From an uncultured Bacteroidota bacterium (GTDB lineage Bacteria; Bacteroidota; Bacteroidia; UKL13-3): a stretch of DNA of 35,862 bases. The stretch's first letter is position 1. Every line of letters begins with the position of its first letter. Made by a program: the position numbers and the translations under genes. The stretch spans positions 1 to 35,862 of the forward strand of contig CAISTO010000012.1 in assembly GCA_903888395.1 (NCBI GenBank), written 5' to 3'. Below, one piece after another: positions 1 through 8,612 of the stretch. The notes under the pieces are model-generated. The model was not told where the DNA came from and ran no database searches. It worked only from the letters and a program-made list of their open reading frames with translations.

Positions 1-1179
1 AATAATCAATCTATAGTTATAGGATTATATAACGATAGAACCATTCTAACCAAAGGCTTAAATGAACCAAAATCAACCGTAGAATTGAATTATGCCGATA
101 AAGCAATAGTTTTTGATTTTACGTCAAATGGTTTGTGTAACTTAAATAAAATGAAGTTTGCTTATTTATTAGATGGATTTGATAAAAGCTGGAACGTGTT
201 AAAAAATGGCGAACATAGAGCATTCTTTTCAAGCTTATTGCCTGGAAGGTATAAACTAAAAGTTAAAGTGTTAGACATGAATAATACTTGGAGCAAAGAA
301 TCGGTAATAGCTATTCATGTAAAACCGCCATTTTGGAAATCATGGTGGTTTATTTTATTGATTATAATTCTGATAGTTAGTTTGGTAGCTTTAATTTTTA
401 TGTATTTAATAAAAAGACAAAAAGAACGTTTCCAATTAAAAGCAAATAGAGATAAACAAGAAATTCTAAGACTTAGGAATGAAAATTTGGAGAATGAAAT
501 TCAAGCTAAACTTACCGAACAAGAAATATTAAGACTTGAAAACGAGGGGCTTGAAAGATATATTGTAATTGAAAAACGAGGACAAGAAATATTAAAACTT
601 CAAAACGAAAACTTAGAACGTGAGGTAAAAGCTAAGAAAAATGAAAAAGAATTACTCCGACTTAGAAATGAAAATTTGGAAATTGAAGTTTTTACCAAAC
701 AATCGGAGCAAGAAATACTCAACCTTAAAAACGAAAATTTAGCAAAAGAATTAGAAGCCAAGCAAACACGATTAAGTGTTTCGCTATTACAGAGTGCTCA
801 TAAGAATCAGTTTTTGAGTGATTTAAAAAACAATATACAGAAGATAGATCCTAAAAGCAGCAATATTTCATTAGAAATAAAAAAGGTAATGCGTGAAATA
901 AACAATGAAATTAACCAAGAAGATTATTGGGATCAGTTTCAGTTTAATTTTGACGAAATGCATAAGAATTTTATTGAAAAACTAAAGAATTCTCATCCTC
1001 AAATAAGCTCAAATGACCAAAGATTGTGTTGTTTTATTCGCTTAGACTTAAATAATAGGGAAATTGCTTCCATTTTAAATATAACGATAAACGGAGTAGA
1101 ACAAACGAAGTACAGGTTAAAGAAAAAAATGGAGTTAGATGGCAAGTTGCCTTTAAATGAATACATTAGAAATATATAG
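1..1179 (+). CDS. Membrane-anchored one-component regulator, C-terminal part: Y_Y_Y (triple-tyrosine) sensor domain, TM helix, coiled coil, LuxR/GerE-type HTH. The 5' end lies outside the window.
   Basis: Frame 1 is open from nt 1 (NNQSIVIGLYNDR...), so the TTG at 85 in the ORF track is probably not the true start. The translation shows the end of a Y_Y_Y-type domain (FAYLLDGFDKSWN...LLPGRYKLKVKV). One TM helix follows (WWFILLIIILIVSLVALIFMYLI, nt ~337-408), then a long repeat/heptad segment. The C-terminus is a LuxR-type HTH (NREIASILNITINGVEQTKYRLKKKM, nt ~997-1164). No histidine kinase or receiver motifs occur in the visible part. Confidence 0.8.
   Translation, partial: NNQSIVIGLYNDRTILTKGLNEPKSTVELNYADKAIVFDFTSNGLCNLNKMKFAYLLDGFDKSWNVLKNGEHRAFFSSLLPGRYKLKVKVLDMNNTWSKESVIAIHVKPPFWKSWWFILLIIILIVSLVALIFMYLIKRQKERFQLKANRDKQEILRLRNENLENEIQAKLTEQEILRLENEGLERYIVIEKRGQEILKLQNENLEREVKAKKNEKELLRLRNENLEIEVFTKQSEQEILNLKNENLAKELEAKQTRLSVSLLQSAHKNQFLSDLKNNIQKIDPKSSNISLEIKKVMREINNEINQEDYWDQFQFNFDEMHKNFIEKLKNSHPQISSNDQRLCCFIRLDLNNREIASILNITINGVEQTKYRLKKKMELDGKLPLNEYIRNI
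457..771 (+). repeat. Five consecutive in-frame 63-nt (21-aa) repeats inside the regulator CDS
   Basis: The units start at aa 125, 146, 167, 188 and 209 of the track ORF, an exact 21-residue period. They read QEILRLRNENLENEIQAKLTE / QEILRLENEGLERYIVIEKRG / QEILKLQNENLEREVKAKKNE / KELLRLRNENLEIEVFTKQSE / QEILNLKNENLAKELEAKQTR. The core is (Q/K)E(I/L)LxLxNE(N/G)L(E/A). The nucleotide copies are diverged. Confidence 0.85.
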
Positions 1180-1445
1180 TAGGGGCTATGATGTAATTTC
1201 CCCAATTTAAATTCCTATATCCTAAAAAACACGAAATTATTTTTTCAAAATGAATAGTATTTGTCAAGTGTGTTTTTTTGCATTTACTTTAACTATCGGC
1301 TAGGTTTGAATTTCAATTTTATTCAATTGGATGTAATATAACAGAATTTCAGCAACATAAAAAAAATTCATGTAATGAATGTTTCTGTTTTTAAATAATA
1401 AATACATGCTTTTGTCAGGTAAAGTATAATTAAAAATTCAAGTAT

Positions 1446-4391
1446 ATGAGGATAATTTTTACATTCATTTTTGCAGTTTTTACTTTTGCCCTTTCAGCGC
1501 AAACTATCAATGGAATTGTTAAAGACGAAAAAACAGATGAGCCTTTAGTTGGTGCTAACATTTTAATTAAATTAACGGGTAAGCGAGCCACAACTAATTT
1601 TGAAGGAAAATTTAAAATTAATGCTGCAAAAGGTGAAGTAATAGCAATAAAATATATTGGCTATGAATCAAAAAATTATACGATAGATTCAGAAAATGAT
1701 ATAGCAATAAATTTAAAATCTGTTTCGGAACAATTAAAAGAAACAGTTGTAATTGGTTATGGTTCCAAATCAAGAAAAGATATAACCGGTTCTGTTGCTT
1801 CTGTTTCTACTAAAGAAATTGAGAAAAAACCTTTTACTAGGTTAGAAAATATTTTACAAGGTCAAGCAGCTGGAGTTCAAGTTACACAATATTCTGGTAA
1901 ACCGGGAAATGAAATGTCGATCCGTGTACGTGGAACCACCTCCCTTTCTGCCGGAAATGAACCTTTATATGTTTTAGATGGTATTCCATTATTGTCGGCC
2001 GAAGGTATTAATCCTTCTGATATTGCTTCCGTTGAAATACTAAAAGATGCTTCTGCATCAGCTATTTATGGTGCCAGAGCGGCAAATGGTGTGGTATTAA
2101 TTACTACTAAAATGGGAACGCCCAATAAGCCTGTTGTAAGTTTTAACTTTTCTTATGGTTTAAGTGAAGTAACCAAAAAGCTACCCATGTTAGGAACATC
2201 AGACTATATTGATTTGGTAAACGAAACGTATATCAATGCTGGTGGTTCAGCTCGTTTAGATAAAAATGATTATCCAAATATAAATACCAATTGGCAAAAC
2301 GAAATATTTAGGGTTGCTGCCCAATCAAATTACCAACTTTCTCTTGCTGGTGGTAGCAATAAATCACGTTATTATTTTTCTGTAAATAATCAAAATCAAG
2401 ATGGAATTGTAAAAAATTCAGGCTTTGAAAGAACAAGTGTAAGGTTAAATGTGGTTAATGAAATAAAATCAAATTTAAGATTTGGTACTAATTTAACCTT
2501 ATCAAATGTTGCGTATAAAAATGTTCCTGATAATAGTCGAGTGAACCAAGGTGGCGTTATTTTAGGCGCACTTTCTACTCCAACTTTAATAGGTATTTAT
2601 AATTCAAACGGAACTTATACAGTTAACCCATTACAAGCTTGGGAAAATCCTGTGGCTAACATTGAAGCACCAATCAATACAACCAATACTTTGCGTTTTG
2701 TAGGAAGTTTTTATTTAGAATATGACATTATAAAAAATTTGACATTCAAAAGTTCATTTAATACCGAAACTTATTATAGTAAAAACAGCTATTTCTTAGA
2801 TCCATTTAAAACACAATATGGAAGATCGCAAGGTGGTGTTGGTTCTGCTGGTACTAACCAGCAATTAGTTTGGTTATCGGAAAATACTTTAACATACAAA
2901 AAGCAAATAAGAAACCATGATTTAGTTTTTATGGGTGGTTATACTGCTCAAGAATCAAAATATGAATCTACTTATGGAGCTGTAAACGGTTATCCAAATG
3001 CTGCTGTTACCACATTAAATGCTGGAAGCAGAAAAATGGATGCAAGTTCATCGGCTTCCGAATGGGCTATTCTTTCTTATATTGGAAGGGTTTCTTATAA
3101 ATTTAAAAACAAATATTTAGCAGAAGCAAATATTCGTGCCGATGGTTCTTCCCGTTTTGGAAAAAGCAATAGATATGGTTATTTTCCTTCTGCTTCTATA
3201 GGTTGGAGAATTTCGGAAGAAGATTTTATGCCACAAACTAAATGGATTGACGATTTAAAATTTAGATTAAGTGCTGGTACTACTGGTAATCAAAACATAG
3301 GTGATTATGCTTCTTATGGTTTATATACTTTGGGCGCTAACTATAATTTTAACGGAATCATTTACCCCGGTGCTAAACCATCAACTATTGGTAATGATAA
3401 CCTTAAATGGGAAAGTACCAATCAGTTTAATTTTGGTTTAGATTATAGCTTGTTAAAATACAGAATTACCATTGCCGCTGATTATTATGTAAAACGTACA
3501 ACTAATCTTTTGGTAAATGTTGATTTGCCCAGAAGTACTGGTTTTAGCAGTGGAATTCAAAATATTGGCGAAATAGAAAACAGAGGTTTTGAGTTTGCTA
3601 TTAAAACTAAAAATATTGTAAAGGCTAATTTTACTTGGTCAACCAACTTTAACATATCTTCTAATAAAAATGAAATAATAAATATTGGCGGTGCTGATAA
3701 AGTTATTTACAGTGGCGATGTTCCTGAAAGAGGTTATGCTGTTCAAATAAAACAAGGAAATGCCGTTGGTTCATTCTATGGTTTTGTTAGTAAAGGGGTA
3801 GATCCTTTAACTGGTAACATCGTATTTGCCGACTTAAACGGTGATGGACAAATTACAGATGCTGATAGAAAAATAATTGGTTCTCCTATTCCTACTTTTA
3901 TTGCTGGTTTAAGCAATATTGTTTCCTATAAAAACTTTGATTTAGATTTTTTATTACAAGTTAGTTATGGTAACAAAGTACTAAACGCCACAAGAATAGA
4001 AACAGAAGGAATGTTTGATGTTAAAAACGGAAGCGCTGCAACTTTAAATAGATGGAAGAACCCTGGCGACATTACTGATATGCCCGTTGCCATGTTTGGC
4101 GACCCAAATAAAAATACAAGAATTAGTGACCGATTTATTGAAGATGGTTCATACTTACGTTTAAGAAATGTTACCCTTTCATACCATGTGCCTGAAAAAT
4201 GGATTACTAGATTTAAAATTACCAAATTAGATTTATATGTAAGTGGTCAAAACCTATGGATTTTTTCTAATTATTCTGGCTACGATCCTGAAGTAAATAG
4301 AGATGGAGGAAGTAGCACTTCACAAGGTATTGACTATGGAACTTATCCGCAATACAGAACTATTATTGGTGGTGTTAAAATTGATTTTTAA
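1446..4391 (+). CDS. SusC/RagA-family TonB-dependent outer-membrane transporter
   Basis: 981 aa with a signal peptide and a CarboxypepD_reg-like N-terminal domain (INGIVKDEKTDEPLVGANILI). The TonB-box/plug region reads ETVVIGYGSKSRKDITGSV...ILKDASASAIYGARAANGVVLITTK. A long beta-barrel ends in an aromatic residue (...GGVKIDF). A SusD gene follows after 12 nt. No STN (anti-sigma signalling) domain is seen. Confidence 0.95.
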   Translation: MRIIFTFIFAVFTFALSAQTINGIVKDEKTDEPLVGANILIKLTGKRATTNFEGKFKINAAKGEVIAIKYIGYESKNYTIDSENDIAINLKSVSEQLKETVVIGYGSKSRKDITGSVASVSTKEIEKKPFTRLENILQGQAAGVQVTQYSGKPGNEMSIRVRGTTSLSAGNEPLYVLDGIPLLSAEGINPSDIASVEILKDASASAIYGARAANGVVLITTKMGTPNKPVVSFNFSYGLSEVTKKLPMLGTSDYIDLVNETYINAGGSARLDKNDYPNINTNWQNEIFRVAAQSNYQLSLAGGSNKSRYYFSVNNQNQDGIVKNSGFERTSVRLNVVNEIKSNLRFGTNLTLSNVAYKNVPDNSRVNQGGVILGALSTPTLIGIYNSNGTYTVNPLQAWENPVANIEAPINTTNTLRFVGSFYLEYDIIKNLTFKSSFNTETYYSKNSYFLDPFKTQYGRSQGGVGSAGTNQQLVWLSENTLTYKKQIRNHDLVFMGGYTAQESKYESTYGAVNGYPNAAVTTLNAGSRKMDASSSASEWAILSYIGRVSYKFKNKYLAEANIRADGSSRFGKSNRYGYFPSASIGWRISEEDFMPQTKWIDDLKFRLSAGTTGNQNIGDYASYGLYTLGANYNFNGIIYPGAKPSTIGNDNLKWESTNQFNFGLDYSLLKYRITIAADYYVKRTTNLLVNVDLPRSTGFSSGIQNIGEIENRGFEFAIKTKNIVKANFTWSTNFNISSNKNEIINIGGADKVIYSGDVPERGYAVQIKQGNAVGSFYGFVSKGVDPLTGNIVFADLNGDGQITDADRKIIGSPIPTFIAGLSNIVSYKNFDLDFLLQVSYGNKVLNATRIETEGMFDVKNGSAATLNRWKNPGDITDMPVAMFGDPNKNTRISDRFIEDGSYLRLRNVTLSYHVPEKWITRFKITKLDLYVSGQNLWIFSNYSGYDPEVNRDGGSSTSQGIDYGTYPQYRTIIGGVKIDF

Positions 4392-4403
4392 AAAAATATT
4401 ATC

Positions 4404-5825
4404 ATGAAAAAATATATATACATTATTGTTTTTGCACTTCTTGGATTAGTAAGTTGTAAAAAAGACTTTTTAGATAGAAAACCAATTTCTGATGTTACGG
4501 AAGGAAATTTCTTTAAAACTGCTGCAGATGCTGAAGCTGGTATCATTGCGGTTTATAGCGCGTTCATTAGCGAAAACTACATTTTTGATTATTATATTAA
4601 TAATGATGTAGTTTCTGATAATTGTTATTCTGGTGGCGACAATCCAAATAATTTTCAATTAGATGAATTTACTACTACTGCTTTAAATGGAAATGTATCT
4701 CGCGATTGGGGTTATTTTTATGAAGCTATTGGAAGAGCAAATGCAGTTTTAGACAATGTTGAAAATATTCAATCATTAGACTTAACAGAGCAAAGAAAAC
4801 AAGAAATTTTAGGCGAAGCAGCTTTTATAAGAGCATTTCATTACTTTCAAATGGTAAATATTTGGGGTGAAGTTCCTTTAATTGTTCATAAAGTAAATTC
4901 TACAGATCCTGCAGTTGTTTATCAACCAAAATCGTCTGTTGATGCAATTTATAATTCAATTATTGCTGATTTAAAATTTGCAATGGAAAGAGTACCATTG
5001 GCATATCCACAAAATAAACAAAGAGTAACTTTTGGTGCTTGCAATGCTTTATTAGCTAAAGTATATGCACAAAAACCAAATCCTGATTGGGCTTTAGCAC
5101 TTCAATATGCAGAAGCTGTAACAAGTAATACTGCATATAAATTATTGGCTAATTACGATTTTTTATGGGATGGAAAACATGAAAATTCTACTGAATCAAT
5201 TTTTGAAATTCAATTTATAAACAATAGCGATCAAGCTAATTGGGGTCCAATGTTATGGCTTCCACCTTCTTTGAATAATACATCTTGGCGTAAGTTTAAT
5301 ACACCTTCTAATAATTTAGTTGCAGCTTTTAAAATGGCAAATGATACTGTTAGACTTCATTCGTCCATATTATTTGAAGGGAGTTTACCATGGAAAGATG
5401 CTCATTATCCTAACGATACAGTTCCTTTTCCTTTTAAACAAAGATCAGCACAAGCTGGAAGAGCCGATAATAATATTTTGATTCGTTTGGCCGATATTAT
5501 TTTATTACAAGCTGAAGCTAAAAATGAATTAGGAAATACTGCTGGCGCTCAAACCGATTTAAATACAGTAAGAAATAGGGCTTTATTGCCAAATACTTTG
5601 GCAACAAGTCAAGCAAGTTTAAAAGATTCTATTTTATTGGAAAGAAGATTAGAGCTTGCCTTTGAAGGACACAGATGGTTTGATTTAAAGCGTTCTGGAA
5701 AAGTATTAAGCATCATGAATAATTTAGGATTTGCTTATAACGTAACTCAAAACAAATTGGTGCTACCAATTCCTCAAAACGAATTGGATAGAAACCCCAA
5801 ATTAAAACAAAACATAGGATACTAA
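4404..5825 (+). CDS. SusD/RagB-family nutrient-binding outer-membrane lipoprotein
   Basis: 473 aa with a lipoprotein signal ending LLGLVSC followed by KKDFLD. SusD-like TPR core motifs are present (RAFHYFQMVNIWGEVPL, ERRLELAFEGHRWFDLKR). It is tightly linked to SusC. Confidence 0.93.
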   Translation: MKKYIYIIVFALLGLVSCKKDFLDRKPISDVTEGNFFKTAADAEAGIIAVYSAFISENYIFDYYINNDVVSDNCYSGGDNPNNFQLDEFTTTALNGNVSRDWGYFYEAIGRANAVLDNVENIQSLDLTEQRKQEILGEAAFIRAFHYFQMVNIWGEVPLIVHKVNSTDPAVVYQPKSSVDAIYNSIIADLKFAMERVPLAYPQNKQRVTFGACNALLAKVYAQKPNPDWALALQYAEAVTSNTAYKLLANYDFLWDGKHENSTESIFEIQFINNSDQANWGPMLWLPPSLNNTSWRKFNTPSNNLVAAFKMANDTVRLHSSILFEGSLPWKDAHYPNDTVPFPFKQRSAQAGRADNNILIRLADIILLQAEAKNELGNTAGAQTDLNTVRNRALLPNTLATSQASLKDSILLERRLELAFEGHRWFDLKRSGKVLSIMNNLGFAYNVTQNKLVLPIPQNELDRNPKLKQNIGY

Positions 5826-5877
5826 ACACTAATAAATTCAATTATAAATTCAAACAAAAACAAACAAACAATCAATC

Positions 5878-6873
5878 ATGAAAAAAATCAATTTACTATT
5901 TTCTCTAATGTTTGCAGCGGTAGTGTTGCAAGCTCAAACTGTTAATGTTACCTTGAAGGTAGATATGACAGGTTTAACAGTTTCTACTGATAGCGTTCAC
6001 GTTGTTGGTTCATTTAACGGATGGAATCCTACTGCTAACGTATTAACTCAAGAAGGAACTACAAACATTTATTCTTGCATTTTAGCAGTAAAACCAAGTG
6101 GTGACGTAGAGTACAAATTTATGAATGGTAATGCTTGGGGTAAAGAAGAATCTGCTCCTATGTCTTGTACTACCGGAAACAGCCATAATAGAATTGTTAC
6201 TTCTGGTATTGTTGACATAGTAGTACCTGCAGTTTTATTTAACCAATGCCCAACTTCTGTTCCTGTTAAAAACATTTCGTTTTTTGTTGACATGGAAGGT
6301 TTAACAGTAGATACTTCTAGTGTTCACGTTGCGGGTAATTTCAATGGTTGGAATCCTAGCTTCACTAAATTAACTTTATACAGTGGAACAGTTTATAAAG
6401 CTACATATCCTGTTTTAGCTTCTATTACTAAATTAGAATACAAATATGTAAACGGTAGCTCTTGGGGCAAAGACGAAACTGCTCAAGGCGCTCCTTGTGC
6501 TGACGCAACTAGTCATAACAGATTATATACCATGCCTGCTGGTGACGGAAGTGTTAAAAACTACAAATTCAATACTTGTACTGAAACTCAAATTAACGTT
6601 GGTGTTAAAAATGCAGAAAGCGCTTTTAACTTCGAAGTTTTCCCTACTATTTCTAGTGACTACATAAATGTAAAATTTGAATCAGCTAACAAAAACGAAA
6701 TCCAATTCAATGTATATTCAATTAGTGGTGTTTTAGTTTCATCAGAAACTATGAACAGAACTGAATCTAACTTTGTAAAAAGAGTTTCTGTTGCTGAATT
6801 CTCAAAAGGAGTTTATCTTTTAGAAGTAGCTAACAACGGTAGCAAATCAGTAAAAAGATTTATTGTTAACTAA
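5878..6873 (+). CDS. Secreted protein with two tandem CBM-like beta-sandwich domains and a T9SS (Por) C-terminal sorting domain; candidate surface glycan-binding protein of the PUL
   Basis: It has a signal peptide (MKKINLLFSLMFAAVVLQAQ). Two ~105-aa repeats (nt ~5938-6249 and ~6262-6579) share VDMxGLTVxTxSVHVxGxFNGWNP...EYK(F/Y)xNGxxWGK(E/D)E...SHNR...FNxC. The C-terminal ~80 aa (nt ~6625-6870: FEVFPTISSDYINVKF...GVYLLEVANNGSKSVKRFIVN) looks like a type-A T9SS sorting domain. Confidence 0.75.
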   Translation: MKKINLLFSLMFAAVVLQAQTVNVTLKVDMTGLTVSTDSVHVVGSFNGWNPTANVLTQEGTTNIYSCILAVKPSGDVEYKFMNGNAWGKEESAPMSCTTGNSHNRIVTSGIVDIVVPAVLFNQCPTSVPVKNISFFVDMEGLTVDTSSVHVAGNFNGWNPSFTKLTLYSGTVYKATYPVLASITKLEYKYVNGSSWGKDETAQGAPCADATSHNRLYTMPAGDGSVKNYKFNTCTETQINVGVKNAESAFNFEVFPTISSDYINVKFESANKNEIQFNVYSISGVLVSSETMNRTESNFVKRVSVAEFSKGVYLLEVANNGSKSVKRFIVN

Positions 6874-6890
6874 TTTAACAATTTTAAAAG

Positions 6891-6919
6891 CTAAGCAAAT
6901 TTGCTTAGATAAGTTTTTT
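6891..6919 (+). terminator. Putative rho-independent terminator or attenuator after the CBM/T9SS gene
   Basis: An 18-nt perfect palindrome ctaagcaaatttgcttag (6891-6908) is followed by ataagtttttt. Confidence 0.5.
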
Positions 6920-7105
6920 AAACAAATAGAAAAAGGTCTTTAATTTTTTCATAAAATGGTTTTTAGTGTTTAATATGACCTTTTTCTTTTTGTTTTCATT
7001 TAAAAAATAGTCAATGGGATTAGTTAGTTTCCCATTGCTATTTTTTTTATTACAACTACCATTTTGGGTGTAATATTGTATTTTAATTTTAATCCAAATA
7101 CCTCT

Positions 7106-8551
7106 ATGCAAGGCTTTATGATTCGTTTTATATTTTTGTTATTAATTATTCAAATAAGCTGCAAAGGGAAAGAAATTTTAATTCCACCAAGTAGTAATAA
7201 TCCTACCGATGGAACTATAGGTGTTTGGAAAACAAGCCACGATGGGAGTATTTTGCTTTACAGGCAACCCATAAATATTAAATTTTCAACCAATATTACT
7301 GCTGATGTAAATATTGATATTGATGCTGCTAAAACGCGTCAGTCAATGGAAGGATTTGGCGCTGCCCTTACTGGTTCCTCGGCCTATGTGTTAATGAAAA
7401 ACCTTTCATCTACTCAGCGAATCAATATTTTAAAAGATCTTTTTGACCCTAATACTGGTATTGGAATAAGTTATTTGCGTTTAACTATTGGAGCATCCGA
7501 CTTCTCATTAACCAACTATACTTATAATGATATTGCATTAGACCAAAAAGACACTGCGCTTGCTAGTTTTAGCATTGCAACTGAAGAGGAATACATCATT
7601 CCCGTTCTTAAAGAAATTCTTGCCATTAATCCAAATGTACAAATAATGGCATCTCCTTGGAGCGCGCCTGCTTGGATGAAATTAAACAAAAGTCTTACAA
7701 ATGGGGGCAGATTAGACTCAACTATTTATAATACTTATGCTAATTATTTTGTTAAATATATCAATGCATTTGCAAGTTATGGTATTACTATAAATACCAT
7801 TACCATTCAAAATGAACCCTTATATGCCGCGCCATATTTAAGCTTAGAAATGTCGGCTCAAGAACAAATTAATTTTATAAAAAATGCAATCGGTCCTGCT
7901 TTTGCAAAAAACAATATCAAAACCAAAATTTTAATTTACGACCATAATTGGGATAGACCAGATTATCCTATTACAGTGCTTGCCGATTCGGCTGCAAGAC
8001 AATATATAAGCGGAACTGCTTTTCATTGTTATGCAGGAAGCGTAGGTGCCATGAGCCAAGTTTCAAATCAGTATCCTGATAAAGGAATTTATTTTACCGA
8101 ATGTTCTGGTGGCGAATGGGCAAAAGATTTTGGAAGTAACCTAGCATGGAATACCGAAAATATAATTGTTGGTGCACCCAGAAACGATGCTAAAAATGTG
8201 CTGTTTTGGAACTTAGCATTAGACGAGAATTTTGGTCCCAGAAATGGTGGATGTCAAAATTGTAGAGGAGTGATTGCTGTTAACTCCATTAACAATAAAA
8301 TTCAAAAAAACATAGAATATTATTTGCTTGGCCATGCTTCAAAGTTTGTGCTTTATAATGCAAAAAGAATTATAACTGCCGATACTCGCTCAGCCGGAAT
8401 ATCACAAGTTGCTTATATTAATACCGATGGTACTAAAGCTTTATTAGCTTATAACCATCAATCTGTTTCTCAAAAAATTCAAATCAATGAAAACGGAAAA
8501 TCTTTTAATTATTTAATAGAACCAGGAAGTTTGGTTACTTTTAAATGGTAG
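7106..8551 (+). CDS. Glycoside hydrolase family 30 (O-glycosyl hydrolase, candidate endo-beta-1,6-glucanase), predicted lipoprotein
   Basis: GH30 hallmarks are present: MEGFGAALTGSSAYVL, SPWSAPAWMK, the acid/base motif ITIQNEPL (Glu codon 7814-7816) and the nucleophile motif YFTECSGG (Glu codon 8099-8101). ATG 7106 or 7118 gives a lipoprotein-type signal, MIRFIFLLLIIQISC. The TTG at 7064 in the ORF track is a less likely start. Confidence 0.85.
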   Translation: MQGFMIRFIFLLLIIQISCKGKEILIPPSSNNPTDGTIGVWKTSHDGSILLYRQPINIKFSTNITADVNIDIDAAKTRQSMEGFGAALTGSSAYVLMKNLSSTQRINILKDLFDPNTGIGISYLRLTIGASDFSLTNYTYNDIALDQKDTALASFSIATEEEYIIPVLKEILAINPNVQIMASPWSAPAWMKLNKSLTNGGRLDSTIYNTYANYFVKYINAFASYGITINTITIQNEPLYAAPYLSLEMSAQEQINFIKNAIGPAFAKNNIKTKILIYDHNWDRPDYPITVLADSAARQYISGTAFHCYAGSVGAMSQVSNQYPDKGIYFTECSGGEWAKDFGSNLAWNTENIIVGAPRNDAKNVLFWNLALDENFGPRNGGCQNCRGVIAVNSINNKIQKNIEYYLLGHASKFVLYNAKRIITADTRSAGISQVAYINTDGTKALLAYNHQSVSQKIQINENGKSFNYLIEPGSLVTFKW

Positions 8552-8612
8552 TTTTTTCTTTTTTTTTGTAAATTATTCATTGCATAGCAACCAATAAAAA
8601 AAATATTTTTAA

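Noticed and set aside
6905-7111. A 68-aa minus-strand ORF in the gap between the binding-protein gene and the first GH30
   Set aside because: It is Lys/Asn-rich and low in complexity. It spans the three hairpins and the GH30 start region, so it is most likely spurious.
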